The translations under genes and the position numbers were made by a program. Shown here one piece after another: positions 1 through 12,164 of a stretch of DNA of 64,000 bases (positions are counted from its first letter, which is position 1; each line of letters opens with the position of its first letter). The stretch comes from Octopus sinensis. Its lineage: Eukaryota. Under the pieces are notes generated by a model. The model did not search any database and had not been told where the DNA came from. It worked only from the letters and a program-made list of their open reading frames with translations. The DNA lies in the NCBI RefSeq assembly GCF_006345805.1, contig NC_043007.1:29078001-29142000 (forward strand), written 5' to 3'.

Positions 1-50
1 AACTTTGACTTTCAATCAGATCAGTCTTTCTTATTGGCGGGAGCCAGGCC
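1..50 (-). CDS. Candidate exon running off the left edge (AWLPPIRKTDLIESQS)
   Basis: Long pyrimidine tract ending TTTTTTATCCTCGCTTGTCAG at 51; only one frame stays open to the window edge. Confidence 0.3.
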
Positions 51-350
51 CTGACAAGCGAGGATAAAAAATAGAGTAGACAAATAGCAAAGTTAAAATT
101 AAAATGATTTTCAATATTTAAACTTATCTATTGCTCATATGGAGAAGAAAGAAGAATTATATTGATGCAAGCTTTGTTCTGTATTCTCATTAAAAAAAAA
201 AAAAGTAATTTTAATGCGAATTTTGTTGGGACCGAAAGTTTTTGGAAATATTTTTGAGGCAAGTAGGTGCCTCTTGTTTACAGGTCTCATTTAGCAAGTG
301 GGGGCCAGATTTTTTAATACTGTTTCGTTAATTCTCATGAGTTTACATAC

Positions 351-400
351 ATTAAAGGTAGCTTCAATGTTTCCTTGTGAAAAAGACGCAGCCAATATAT
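351..400 (-). CDS. Candidate internal exon of the same minus-strand gene (IYWLRLFHKETLKLPL)
   Basis: TTTGTTTACAG acceptor and AAT|GTATGT donor. The 50-nt exon keeps frame between candidate exons 1761-1862 and 1-50. Confidence 0.2.
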
Positions 401-1760
401 CTGTAAACAAACACCAACCTATCAGGGAAAGTTCCCAATATCAGAAACATATAAGAAGTTAAACTTAATGGTAGAGAAAGGATGACGGCCATCCGAAGTT
501 AAAAGGTGAAATCCAATGGGGAAAGACTTCTTTTTGTCCTTCCACCGCCATAAATATTACACAAGGCGGAAAATTGATTTCTTAACATGTCATATAATAA
601 GAACGATGAGAAATTCATAAAAATTAAACATTTCTTTTTTTTTTTAAATTAATTTCTGTATTATGCATATTCATGTCCCAGGGTTATGTAAAGTTCATTG
701 AGTTAGGCAATTACGGCCTTAACATTAAGTAAATTGGGATTTGATTATACATCGTAGAGAAATGAAGTTTTATTAATAGAAATTCTCGATTTCTATGACT
801 TTATAAGACATTGTAGCGAATCAATTTTCCTTTAAAACTTTTATGGCGCTGTCCAAAAGGAAGTCTTCCCGATTTGCATCTTTATATTATCAAATTTAAA
901 TGCAAGAAGAGTATTTCCTCCACCTTCGCAATATGCTACAAGGGAGAGACTCTCATCCATCGGTTTGTGTGTCCTCACACTGAATTATTCTTTTGGATTC
1001 CATGAAAACTTTTAAAAAACTGTGCAATTTATTTCCCTTATTATTAGTCGTACCTTTAAACCTTCAAGCATCGCCAAAAATGTCGAACCAGCCATTCCCC
1101 AGTCAGAATCAGTTTAAACGAAGCAACCACGCGGCCAAGTGCCATCGACAGCATTTCTCTTCGGAAACCCTTCGTAGGAAATCAATTTTCTGCGTAACAT
1201 TTATGGAGGTACAAAGAGAAGTCTTTCCACATGCGAAGCCCCTAATAACTCTTTCTGTGAGGAATACAGTGTCCCAGTATGAAAAAGGGAAAGCTAAATA
1301 TAAGCCCTTCACAGTTATGCTTCAAGAAAAGGGTCCAGTGGGGAGGCCCAACAGGTAGGAGGTTCACACTTGGTAATCGATTTGGTTTTAAATATTGACA
1401 CCATTTGGTTATTAGAATTGGAAGAAATGTTTCCAACTTTATCAAATGTTTCTAACGAATAAACAAAGGTGTGTCATGAAGGTTTATTAACAAAAATACG
1501 ATTGATAATATTGTAGACGGATGGAAACGAAAGACGACACAACTAGTTACAAACTTTAAAAAAGGTATTTCATGTCTGAGTCTTGGATGTTATTCAGGCT
1601 CCAATGTTCTGAATTGGTTGAAACCATTGCATTGGGAGGAGAGCAAGGCTTGGAGATAATCTTTATACAGAAACATCAGATTCCATGAAGGAATTACTTA
1701 TTCACAACTAAAAGAACTTTAAAAAGGCAGAAAGAATTGAAGCTTTGGTTGTAGACTTAC

Positions 1761-1862
1761 CGGATTCCTTTCAGATGTTTTTTGGGGGACTTTGAATTCA
1801 GCGCCATTGCTCGTGGTTTTGCCTTCACTGCGCCTGCGCCGAGTTGGCTTTGCAGACGACAT
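1761..1862 (-). CDS. Candidate first coding exon of an unidentified spliced gene (MSSAKPTRRRRSEGKTTSNGAEFKVPQKTSERNP)
   Basis: AAAAATG start at 1862 in a locally CpG-rich patch, 34 open codons, then a perfect CCG|GTAAGT donor (1760-1755). No homology recognised. Confidence 0.35.
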
Positions 1863-2181
1863 TTTTCAGCTTCGACTTTTAATGAATTCGGGAATGGAAA
1901 AACGTCGACTGCAGGAGAAATGTTGCTGCGTTGAAGTTTGGTTTGGCTGGCAATTTAGCAATCTTTGTTTGTATTATAGATTGCTGTATTTTTAGTCGAT
2001 TAAAACCTTTTAAAACTTTGATGTTCCAGTTTGGGTTTATAACACCTCGTAAGATAACAGAACTGTGACCTTCTGATGTTCTCCCGCAAGAAAACTTCAT
2101 TCGGTTTTATGGTACATACATATATATCTTCACTGTTGCAATGCATCCATGACCAGCATTAAATACGTGCAATAGTATGCG

Positions 2182-2458
2182 GGTACGACTAGCGAACAGT
2201 GGTCCCGGTGCGCGCACTCGTAAGCAGTCGATCTTACATCGCCTTTTTAACCCTAAACCTAATTTTTTAACCCTAAACCTAACCTTAGTTTGTTTTAAAA
2301 AATAATTTATTTACTTTGTTCGAAAAATATTATCTAATTTTCTTTCATATGAATTCAGCCTTGAAAGACAAACATAGGCGCAACTCGTTGTAGGATCGAC
2401 TAATTACGACTAGTTAGTGCGAGTGCGCGTGCCGGGACCACTGTTCGCTAGTAGTACC
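2182..2458. mobile_element. MITE, 277 bp, 39-bp TIRs, 9-bp TSD (Mutator- or Merlin-like)
   Basis: GGTACGACTAGCGAACAGTGGTCCCGG... (2182-2220) is the reverse complement of 2420-2458 with 3 mismatches. TAGTATGCG is repeated at 2173-2181 and 2459-2467. Confidence 0.9.
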
Positions 2459-2689
2459 TAGTATGCGTGTGTATATATATAAATGTGTGTGTATTTTTCA
2501 ATGTTTACAAATAACCCGGAATAAATAACTAAATAGGGAAGCAAAAATTCACACAAGTCCCAAGGATGTTAAAGCCTAATAATAAAGGTAGAAATTCCGG
2601 GGTTGAGGGAAAGCTTTCCAAGCATAAACATTCGAATGAACACCCGCCTTTAGCTCTATTTACATATATAGATATATATACATACACAC

Positions 2690-2752
<63 letters not shown>

Positions 2753-3589
2753 ACATTTTTTAATGTTAGATGGATGGATGTGTATAAAATCTAATTTTGT
2801 TAATTGAAACATAAATTACAATAAAAGAAAATAATAAGATGAGATGATTGATTTCTGTTCGAGATGAGAGAGACTGCCAATATCCGTCAGTTTTCTTTGT
2901 CTTTTCCTTTTTTTCATTTCTTTTGAAAGGAAAAAGGTTTCGCGGCCGAAAACCAGAAATTGATGGGGAACGATGTAAGGGAGCTAACTCCGATATTACA
3001 ACATGGACAACCTCAGAGATTTTTAACCAACCCTGGATTTCATTAACTTGTATGCTTTTGGGATCGATAAAATATAGCATCAATTACTGTGATCGATTTA
3101 ATTAGCAGTTGCACACATACACACTGGTCATGTGATGTATTTTTGGTGTTTAACTTTGTACAAAATTTCACAAAAGTGAGAATATATTGTGGCAGCTTTT
3201 CTTAATAAAAAAAATATCAAAGGAAAAAAGAGAAAAAGAAATAGGAAAGAAGTAATGAAAGGAAAGAGGAGAAAGTAAATAAGGGAGGAAGAAAGAGAAG
3301 AAATGAAAGAGTGATGGCAGAAGGAAATGTGAAAGAAAGAGATTCTAATGAAGGAGGGGGAGGAAGGGGAGAGGCAGGAAGAGTTAGAATGAAAAAGAGA
3401 AAGAAGAAGAACAGTGCACAATATAATAGATATAGAGTTGTATGAAAGAAGGTGATGGGAGGAGGAAGAACTTTTAACAAAAGCTAGGGGGGGGGGGAGA
3501 ACAAAGCATACAAACCTGTGAAGTTACCTTCAGTGATTCAAAGGGCTGATTTTCTAGTTTCATGGCAGACATATTCCCCATCTGTATGG

Positions 3590-3735
3590 GATGCTGGTCC
3601 ATCATAGAATTACTCATTTTTGCCAGCTGAGTGGACTGGAGCAATGCGAAATGAAGTGTTCTGCTCAAGAACACATGTTGCCCAGTCTAGGGATCGAAAC
3701 CACAGTCTTAAAATCATGAATCCAACACTCCTAAC
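3590..3735 (-). mobile_element. tRNA-derived SINE fragment (family H in this report)
   Basis: Minus strand reads GGTTAGGAGTGTTGG...GGTTTCGATCCC (A/B-box-like) then TGTGTTCTTGAGCAGAACACTTCA. Related copies lie near 21860-22010 (-), 39240-39430 (+) and 47240-47360 (-). Confidence 0.7.
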
Positions 3736-4532
3736 CTCCAAGTCACGCACCTCCACTTACATTGGAGATGACTTGAAAGGGCCTCATAAACGAAGACAGC
3801 AACACACTTGCAGCCCTAAGATGCAACCTAAAGTGTCAATTATGTGACATTTTTGTGGAAGACATCACACATAATTGGTAACTGCCCAAAGGTGTCATCA
3901 AGAACTACCTCCCTATGCCACAAGACATTGTCAAAAAACAATATACAATGCTATCAAAAAAAAAAAAGAAAAGACTGTCCTGGAACAAATATAGAGAACC
4001 CTACTGTTATTGGTACATCCACAAACATCAACACAAGGAATAGTATTAGAACATCTCCGTTGAAACTTCTGTCAACTATAAACATAGCAGATCTGATATC
4101 ATTGCTTGGGACAGACGTGAAAAAGTATGTACCATCACAGAGGTCTGTTGTCTTGAAAACCAAAGTGAAAAAGGACAACAATGGACAACTTCCAGGTTCT
4201 ATATCCAGATTCTAAATTGCTATTTAGACCATTGATAATTGGTGCACTTGGATTTCTGAGTAAATGCCTAACTGACAATCTGGATAAGCTAGGATTAACT
4301 GGAGAAAAGAAATCAACCAGCTAATCTATACAGTACAAATACAAACTATAAATGGAACAGAAAAATGTTCAAAACTTTTCTCAAATTCAACGACATTGGT
4401 TTTGTTAAGGAAGATTTCAAAGGATTAAAAATGCAGCATACATACGAGTATGCAAGTACACAGATGTGCATGCAAGCACACACACACACTCACACACACA
4501 CACACACACCACACACACACACACCACACACA

Positions 4533-4563
<31 letters not shown>

Positions 4564-4659
4564 CATGCACGCACACACACACATACACATTATTTGAGCC
4601 ATAGTGGTTAACTTCACATCAAATTTACCCTTTTTAAAATGAGTTTATGTTAGACCCCT

Positions 4660-5180
4660 ATCCAAAAGTGCAAGGTGTATGAATTCAAAAGGAGCTCTTC
4701 AGCAATGGGATCAGTGAGAAATAAAGCTTTAAGAATCTGGACAAACCAACAAGGATTTGGCCAGTTTCACTCCGGAAATTTTTCTCTTGCACATTCCTTT
4801 CAATCTCGGTGACAAAGTTCCATCAATAATGTGCTTCTGTGGAAAATCCAAAGCAAACTGCACAAGAATTAGCAAAACAGTTCAATTCAAGTCACACTTC
4901 AGTCATAAAACAATTTTGTGAACTGAGAAAAGTGACTAAACTTGGTCGTTATGTCCTGATTGCTTCTCATCTTAATCAAAGAGTTGCTTCCTGCTCACTG
5001 CTGAGCATTTTCTGAGTAGAATCATCACAAGTAATGAAAAGTGGGTTCTCTATAATTACATTCAATGAAAACTACAATGGTTAGCACCCAATGAAAGAGG
5101 AGAGTCCATCTCCAAACCAGGATTACAACCAGGGTGTTTGGAGGAATGAAAGAGGGTAATCCATTTTCATCTGGTATGTG
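4660..5180 (+). mobile_element. Degenerate mariner transposase fragment
   Basis: Frameshifted translation gives FHSGNFSL, ENPKQTAQELAKQFNSSHTSV and FLSRIITSNEKWVLYN, matching the mariner HTH and first-D regions. Confidence 0.75.
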
Positions 5181-5220
<40 letters not shown>

Positions 5221-5383
5221 TTCCCAACCCCGGTTGAACCGTCCAACCCATACTAGCATGGAAAACGGACGTTAAACGATGATGATGATGATATATATAT
5301 ATAAACATACATATATATGTTGGGTTGGCAATTTCTATCTGATATCCAGCAAATCCAAGTATATATATGTGTATATGTATATA

Positions 5384-5452
<69 letters not shown>

Positions 5453-5489
5453 CATGGAAACAAATATCAATGGAAATAGTAGTTGTGAT

Positions 5490-5815
5490 ACCTGTGTCAG
5501 TGGCACGTAAAAAGCACCATCCGAACGTGGCCGATGCCAGCGCCGCCTTGGCTGGCTTCCGTGCCGGTGGCACGTTAAAAGCACCAACCGACCGTGGCTG
5601 ATGCCAGACCCCCCCCCTGGCACCTGTGCAGGTGGCACGTAAAAAGCACTCACTACACTCACGGAGTGGTTGGCGTTAGGAAGGGCATCCAGCTGTAGAA
5701 ACACTGCCAGATCAGACTGGAGCCTGGTGCAGCCCTGGCTTCCCAGACCCCAGTCGAACTGTCCAATCCGTGCTAGCGCGGAAAACGGACGTTAAACGAT
5801 GATGATGATGATGAT
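5490..5815 (+). mobile_element. RTE-type retroelement 3' end with (GAT)n tail (family A)
   Basis: GGTGGCACGTAAAAAGCACC subrepeats, GGAGTGGTTGGCGTTAGGAAGGGCATCCAGCTGTAGAAAC core, GGAAAACGGACGTTAAAC(GAT)n tail. The same unit follows an RTE ORF2 C-terminus at 14890-15643. A shorter copy lies at 5218-5292. Confidence 0.8.
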
Positions 5816-5846
5816 ATATATATATATATAAACATACATATATATA

Positions 5847-7107
5847 TTGGGTTGGCAACTAAGTTCCTGCCTTTTTTTAAATTTTGGAATTTATTTTTTT
5901 ACAAGAATTCTATTTTTTAATCATTTTGGAATCTGTTTTGTTGTTTTGTTTTTTTCTAGTTAATTTTAGTTAATTTTTGTTTATTTTCAGATCATTAAAA
6001 TGGAATGTCAAGTTAAGAAAAACGAGCATTTTTGACACCTCCTTTTTGCTTTTAATCAAGGTTCTAAGGCCACAAAACCTGCTCACGACATTTGAACTGT
6101 GTATGGTGAAGGTGCCATAGGTGAAAGAACTGCTTGTAATTGGTATGCCCAGTTCAAAAATGGAAATTTTGACCTCAAAGACGCACTTCATTCTGGCCAT
6201 CCTGTTGTGTTTAAGGAAGAGCGATTAAACCAACTTTTGCACAAAAATTCTTGTCAAACGACAAGGGAACTGGCAGAGAAAATGAAATGCTCCCACACTG
6301 CCATAGAGAAGCATCTTCACTCGATGGGAAAGGTTCAGAAGTATGGAGCATGGGTTCCGTATGCTTTAAGTGACAACAACAAAAATCAACGAGCCACAAT
6401 CTCTGCTGGTTTGCTTGCTCATCACAGCTCAACTCATGGACATAAGCAATGATTTCTTTACCAAATCATTACTAGTGACGAAAAATGGTGCCTGTACATC
6501 AACATGAAGTAGTGTAAGGAATGGCTTGGTCCTAGTATACAAGTGAAACTGCGTGTGAAACAAGATCTTCATCCGCATAAAACTATGTTGTGTGTATGGC
6601 GGAACTGGGAAGGGATTATCCATTACGAATTGCTTGAATGGAACCAAATGGTCAATGCAGAACTTTATGTTCAATAGATGGAACAACTCAACATGGCTAT
6701 TCAAGAGAAAAGACCTAATTGGCAGCATGGAGTTCTTCTGGTGCATGACAACGCCCCCACCCCCCTCAAATCGCCAATATGGCCAAAGAAACCATTCAAA
6801 CACATTGCTGGGAAGTGCTGCCTCCTGATTTGGCACCAATGGATTTCTACCTCTTTCAATCTCTTTCAAATGCCATGCACGGAGTTTCTTTCAATACTGA
6901 TGCAGAATTGAAAGCTTGGTTGGATCAATTTTTCGAGGCAAAATCGGGTGATTTCTACCAACAAAGTATTGAAAATCTTGTTGAACGTTGGGAAGAAGTT
7001 GTAAACAACAAGGGTGAAAACATTATTAGTTATTAGTTGTTTTTTTTTATTAAACCTTTAAAAAAATTTTAATTTAAAAAACGTCGAGAACTTAGTTGCC
7101 AACCCAA
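5847..7107 (+). mobile_element. Full-length mariner (DD34D) element, 1261 bp; inactivated transposase 6000-7036
   Basis: TIRs TTGGGTTGGCAACTAAGTTC / GAACTTAGTTGCCAACCCAA flanked by TA. Motifs WVPYAL, ITSDEKW, HDNAP and PDLAPMDFYLF are present, with several stops and a frameshift. Confidence 0.95.
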
Positions 7108-7160
7108 TATATACATATATATATATATATGTATGTGTATATATATATATAATATATATA

Positions 7161-7220
<60 letters not shown>

Positions 7221-7222
<2 letters not shown>

Positions 7223-7570
7223 TCATCATCATTTAATATCCGTTGTCCATGCTGGCATGAGTTTGATGGTTTTTTTCCGGGCTGGCACGCTGGAAGGCTG
7301 CACCAGACTCCAGCCTGATTTGGCATGGTATTCTACAGCTGGATGCCCTTCCTAACGCCACCCACTCCAAGAGTGTAATGGGTGCTTTTACATGCCACTG
7401 GCATGGGTGCCATTTGCATGACACTGGTATCTGCCACAACTGTGATTTTGCTCAGCTTGATGGGTCTTCTTCTCAAGCATGACATAATGCCAAAGGTCTT
7501 GGTCATTGCCTCCATGAGGCCCAACACTTGAAAAGAGCTCAGCCACTTTGCCTCCATCAGGCCCAACAGT
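7221..7570 (-). mobile_element. RTE-type 3' end (family A)
   Basis: (CAT)n tail abutting a long (TA)n tract, followed by the reverse complement of the family A core and 3' UTR. Confidence 0.8.
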
Positions 7571-8031
7571 CAAAGGTTGTTTTTATTTTATATATATATA
7601 TAAAAGGAATAATTGGTTAATTTTATGTAGTGTAATTTATACAAATAAGAATAGAACAAATGGAGTTTATTTTGGGGTATTACTTCATATTTCCATTTTG
7701 TATTTAATCATAACACAAGTGCCTTATATGACTTGATATATAATTTGATATGTAACAGTATGCAACATCGTGTAACTGTAAGTAAATTCATGTTTTCATT
7801 AAGTGCCACTTCTTAAAATAACACACTTTAGAATATCTTTTAGGTGATATGCTACCAAATATTTTGGCAACATATGACAGTGGGCGTGTGCATTTAAGTC
7901 ATCCACCAATCAAAACCCTCCATTTCACAGTCGCCTGATTTTTCTTTGAAAGGATGGGTGGGGGTAGGAGTGGTCAAAAATTTTAGTTCCTTGTCCAATA
8001 GAAGTGAATCTCAGTGAGGGAGAGATTTATT

Positions 8032-8262
8032 TCTTTATTGCCCAGAGGGGGCTAAACATAGAGGAGACAAACAAGGACAGACAGAGGGATTAAGTCGATT
8101 ACATCGACCCCAGTGCATAACTGGTACTTATTTAATTGACTCCAAAATGATGAAAGGCAAAGTCAACCTCAGCAGAATTTGAACTCAGAACATAACAGAA
8201 CATGAAATACCACTAAGCATTTCTCCCGGCATGCTAACGATTCTGCCAGCTCCTCACCGCCT
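8032..8262 (-). mobile_element. tRNA-like SINE (family B) with 17-bp TSD
   Basis: Minus strand AAGGCGGTGAGGAGCTGGCAGAATCGTTAGC...GAGTTCAAATTCTGC. TGAGGGAGAGATTTATT is repeated at 8015-8031 and 8263-8279. Confidence 0.85.
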
Positions 8263-10039
8263 TGAGGGAGAGATTTATTGTCAGTAGACTGAGATCCATC
8301 TGTGACATTTACACCAAACAAGAAACCAGAAATCTGGTTCCAGGGAAGAAAGCTTGTCTATTGTTAAGATGGTTTTACGAAAAGAGTGTTTCACTTAAAT
8401 TAATGTGTGGAAAATCCTTTACATGCTTACATATGTATCCAATAAAGGGCTGTTTTATTCTCAGGGAGCAATCTGGGTTTGTATGGGGGCAGTGGAGGTG
8501 AATGTGTGGAGCATGCATGCATTTAATTGCATCTCAACCCTAACCCTTAACACTAAACACAAATTCATCCAACCCCAACTCAACAATGTTCTTTGTTTTC
8601 CCAATATTAATCTGATATCTACCCATGATACCTATTTACAGCTATATAGACTGAGCTATTGGAGTGCTGACTGTGGGCTCAGTGTAACACTGGTGAGATG
8701 TTAACTATTGACCCTGAAAAACTGACAAGACCAGCTGTAAGTGTATCTGTGTTAAGCATCTGATATCATTAATAAATGATCCATGTTAATTGACACTGCT
8801 CGTTATGATTACTTTATAGAATCCATCACTAATCTTATAATCCACAGTTGTTCAGCAACATATACTATGAATTCTATAGCCATTGTAATCCATCACAATA
8901 ATCCTATAACTCTATATTCATCTCTATATCCTGTGACAAACAGTTTCCTAGATTCTAAGCCAGGGTTTGAAACCAAATCTACATTTTTCTGTCAATTCCT
9001 TTCCTATTTTTCTTAGCTTTTCCACTTAAAAGTTTATGAGTATCAACAGTCATAAGTAGTTGATTTATATTAAATTAACATTCATAGGTTAAATAAGGTT
9101 CAGTCAGAGAGAAGACAGAAAACCCTTTGTCTAACCTGAGACCTACTTTAATTAGAAGAAATATAAATACAGAATCCCAAATCGGTTCTGTCTCTTTGGT
9201 TAAATGGTACCTCACCGAAAAACATCTATTTTTCTCCCTTCACTTACAAATTCTCATTGCACGACAACTTTTACCCTATATACTTATCAGCCCAAAGAGG
9301 ACGACTGCAAATAATCATTATGCTTGCTACATCTTGAAAATGTTATATCTTACATTGCAATGATGAAAATAAAGGACCATTTCTAAAAATATTTTTTCTT
9401 CCTCTCATTTTAATTGTTACATACCATCATTATAAACCCCTTAGACTACAGTAATCCATCACTATATAGCCACACACTATAAACCCATTAATCTAATTAA
9501 TTACCCAACACTATAATTGTCTTGAACAGTTATCCACTTCTAGATACCCCCCCACCATAACCTCATAATCCACAGCTCCCCCACCGCCCCTGCAGTGTTC
9601 CAGTATTTACAATATGGTACCTCATAACAAAATCAACTAATTAAGTGGATAGATATAACTGGAGTGGTCATTTTAATTATTTAGCAAGCTGACCATCAAT
9701 ATAGATCAATAGCAACCAGCCGTGATCAATATTGCAACCAATAAACAGAATTTCTAAGAACAATAACCATCAACATCATTGGAATCAGAGCAACAACAAC
9801 AACGACAACAACAACAACAATAATAGTGGTGATGTGGGCGATGACCATTATCTTACTTCAGTTTATAAGAGACAGGATTTTCTGTAGAAACTCTGGCTGT
9901 AACAGGTAAAACAAGGCTGGACCTTTAAGGGAATGCCTCTTGCTCAGCAGTGGTTCAGCAAAGATGCAGAGTGACCACAGCTGTTATCCTAAAAGGGCAT
10001 CAGTAGATAATAGGGTCAGGAGGAGGAAGGGAACCAGTG

Positions 10040-10400
10040 AAGGAAAACAGGATAATGATGCAGTGCTACTTAAAAAGTGAACCTAAAAGAAAGGGGCTAT
10101 AGAAAATGGATGTTAACACTTTGGGTAGAGAGGGCTATGTTTAAAGTGACTGAGCAGAGAGATTAGTTGATCAAGCTAATGCTATTAGGGGAAGGAAATG
10201 GATGACAGAATTGGAGGTAGAAGAGATCATGAGAGAACTGGAAAAGAAAGACCAGGCAGTGGGAAAGACAAACAACAACATAAGAGATACAGCTCAGACC
10301 AAAGAAGAACCTAAAGAAAGAAAATAGTAATAGCGCTACTAATAAGGAAGGAACAACTGGCACCAATGGCTTAAGTGATTTAAGTGAGGAAGATCAGAAG
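10040..10400 (+). mobile_element. R4/Dong-like non-LTR retrotransposon, degenerate N-terminal region
   Basis: Translation ...AERLVDQANAIRGRKWMTELEVEEIMRELE resembles the EQRLxDQxxxIxxxxWxTxxExxxI block I recall from R4/Dong ORFs; it contains stops. Confidence 0.55.
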
Positions 10401-10404
10401 AGTT

Positions 10405-12090
10405 TAGATGAGTATCCACCTCCACCACTAACTTGGTCACCTAGGTAACGGAAGCTATCTACTACCTCCAGCTTGCTCCTCTTGCAGTTGATGGAGTCTA
10501 TTTTCTGCACATTTTCAGCATTTATTGTACCTGTGCATCTTCCACATACAAAAGCTAGTTTCCTTGTTAACCTTCCTCTGATGTTGCTGCACCTTTTATG
10601 TGTCCAAAGCTTACACTGGGTGCATCTTATGGAGTTTCTACCTACACCTTTTCAACAGACTGAGCAGGGCCATCTACCTGAAGGGATTTGTGATTTGTCT
10701 GCCTTCCTACTTACTATGACTTTGGTTTTTGCTAGGTTAACTCTAAGGCTCTTTGATTCTAGACCTTGCTTCCATACCTGGAACTTCTTCTCTAGTCTAG
10801 GTAGTGATTCAGCTATAAGAGCAAGGTCATCAGCATAGAGGAGCTCCTAGGGGAAGCCTGACTTGGATTCCTCTGTTATTACCTGGTGGACTATGATGAA
10901 CAAGAGGGGGCTGAGCACTGATCCTTGGTGAATCCTTGCTTGTACTCTGAATTCTTCACTGTACTCATTGCCCACCCTCACCTTACTGGTAGCATCCCCG
11001 TACAAGGCTTGTACAGCTCTCATCAACCACTCATCTATCCCTAGTTTCTGCATTGACCACCAGATAAGGGATCCGGTGACCCTTTCAAAAGCTTTCTCCT
11101 AGTCAACAAAAGCCAAGTACAGAGGTAATTTTCCTGAAGTTACCTTACCACATCTATAGCATCAGCGGTGCTTCTCCCTGGCATAAAACCAAACTGCATC
11201 TCATCTAAACTAACTTTCTCCCTACTTAGTTGGGCTATGACTCTCTTCGTAACTTTCATCACCTGATCCAACAATTTGATACCTCTGTAATTATTTCTAT
11301 CTAAGGCATCACCTTTACCTTTGTAGCAGTTGACTATGGCGCTGCCACACCAGTTATTGGATATGACTCCTTCGTGAACTACCTGATTTACAATATGAGT
11401 GACTAGACCATAACCCACACCACCAGATATTTTAAGCATCTCAGCGGTGATTCCTGATGGGCTGTTGGGAGGGCTTTCCCTGTCTTCATATCCTTAATTG
11501 CTTCATCTATCAGGGTACTGTCAATTCAGGTAGCTGGTCCCTCAACTGGGTCAACATTTGGCAGACTCTCCTCCTTCCATTCATTCTTCGTGTTCAGCAG
11601 TCTTTTATAATGGAATCTCTGAGCATCTTTCTTTGCAGAATCATTAAAAGGAAGGGCACCATCATCCATGCAGACACATTTCTTTCCTATGGCATCACAA
11701 TTTTCTCTCACACACTGTTTTGCAATCTGGAATACTTTGGTTCTTTAGTCCTCATGACGCTGAACATAGGCAAACCTCTTCTTTTCTGCTTCTCCCTTAA
11801 CTAGATAAACCTGTCTCCTAGCTTCCCTTCTGGCCATCTGATACAGTTCCCTTGCCCCAACTCTTCCAGGCTTTCCAAGCCTGTTTCTTTGCTCTAATAA
11901 CTCTGTCTACAGTATTGGTCCACCAACACGTTACCCTAGGTCTGGAAGGGACTTTGCACCAGTCTCAGATTTAGTCTGTGGCATTCAGCAAGCTGTCTCA
12001 CAGGAATTCCCAGTTGCACTCTATGTCAAGTTTGTAGCTCCTCCACTCGTTCATTAAATTTCTCAATTAGGATGTCCCTAAATCTATGAT
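10405..12090 (-). mobile_element. RTE-clade LINE ORF2 (reverse transcriptase) fragment, degenerate
   Basis: Motifs YKGKGDALDRNNYRGIKLLD, MQFGFMPGRST, HQGSVLSPLLF, LLYADDLALIA, CSVC...CTQCKLWTHKRC and FRYLGD in broken frames. Confidence 0.95.
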
Positions 12091-12164
12091 CCCTTTAATA
12101 TTTGTTTTATGTTTGATCCCCTTCAGTTTCATATTAAGGAGGGCAAAAGCAGAAGTAGTAAGGG

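Noticed and set aside
425-436. NF-kB-like palindrome GGGAAAGTTCCC
   Set aside because: A single short motif with no TSS or conservation evidence; a chance match is plausible in 64 kb.
1109-1312. Minus-strand ORF with GKT (Walker A-like) and CRWH (CxxH-like) motifs suggesting an ATPase or transposase
   Set aside because: Walker A spacing is wrong (G-x3-GKT), the ORF is 67 aa, it overlaps a noncoding repeated motif, and no other family motifs are nearby.
993-1358. 121-aa plus-strand ORF
   Set aside because: It starts at TTG, has no recognisable domain and lacks convincing splice context.
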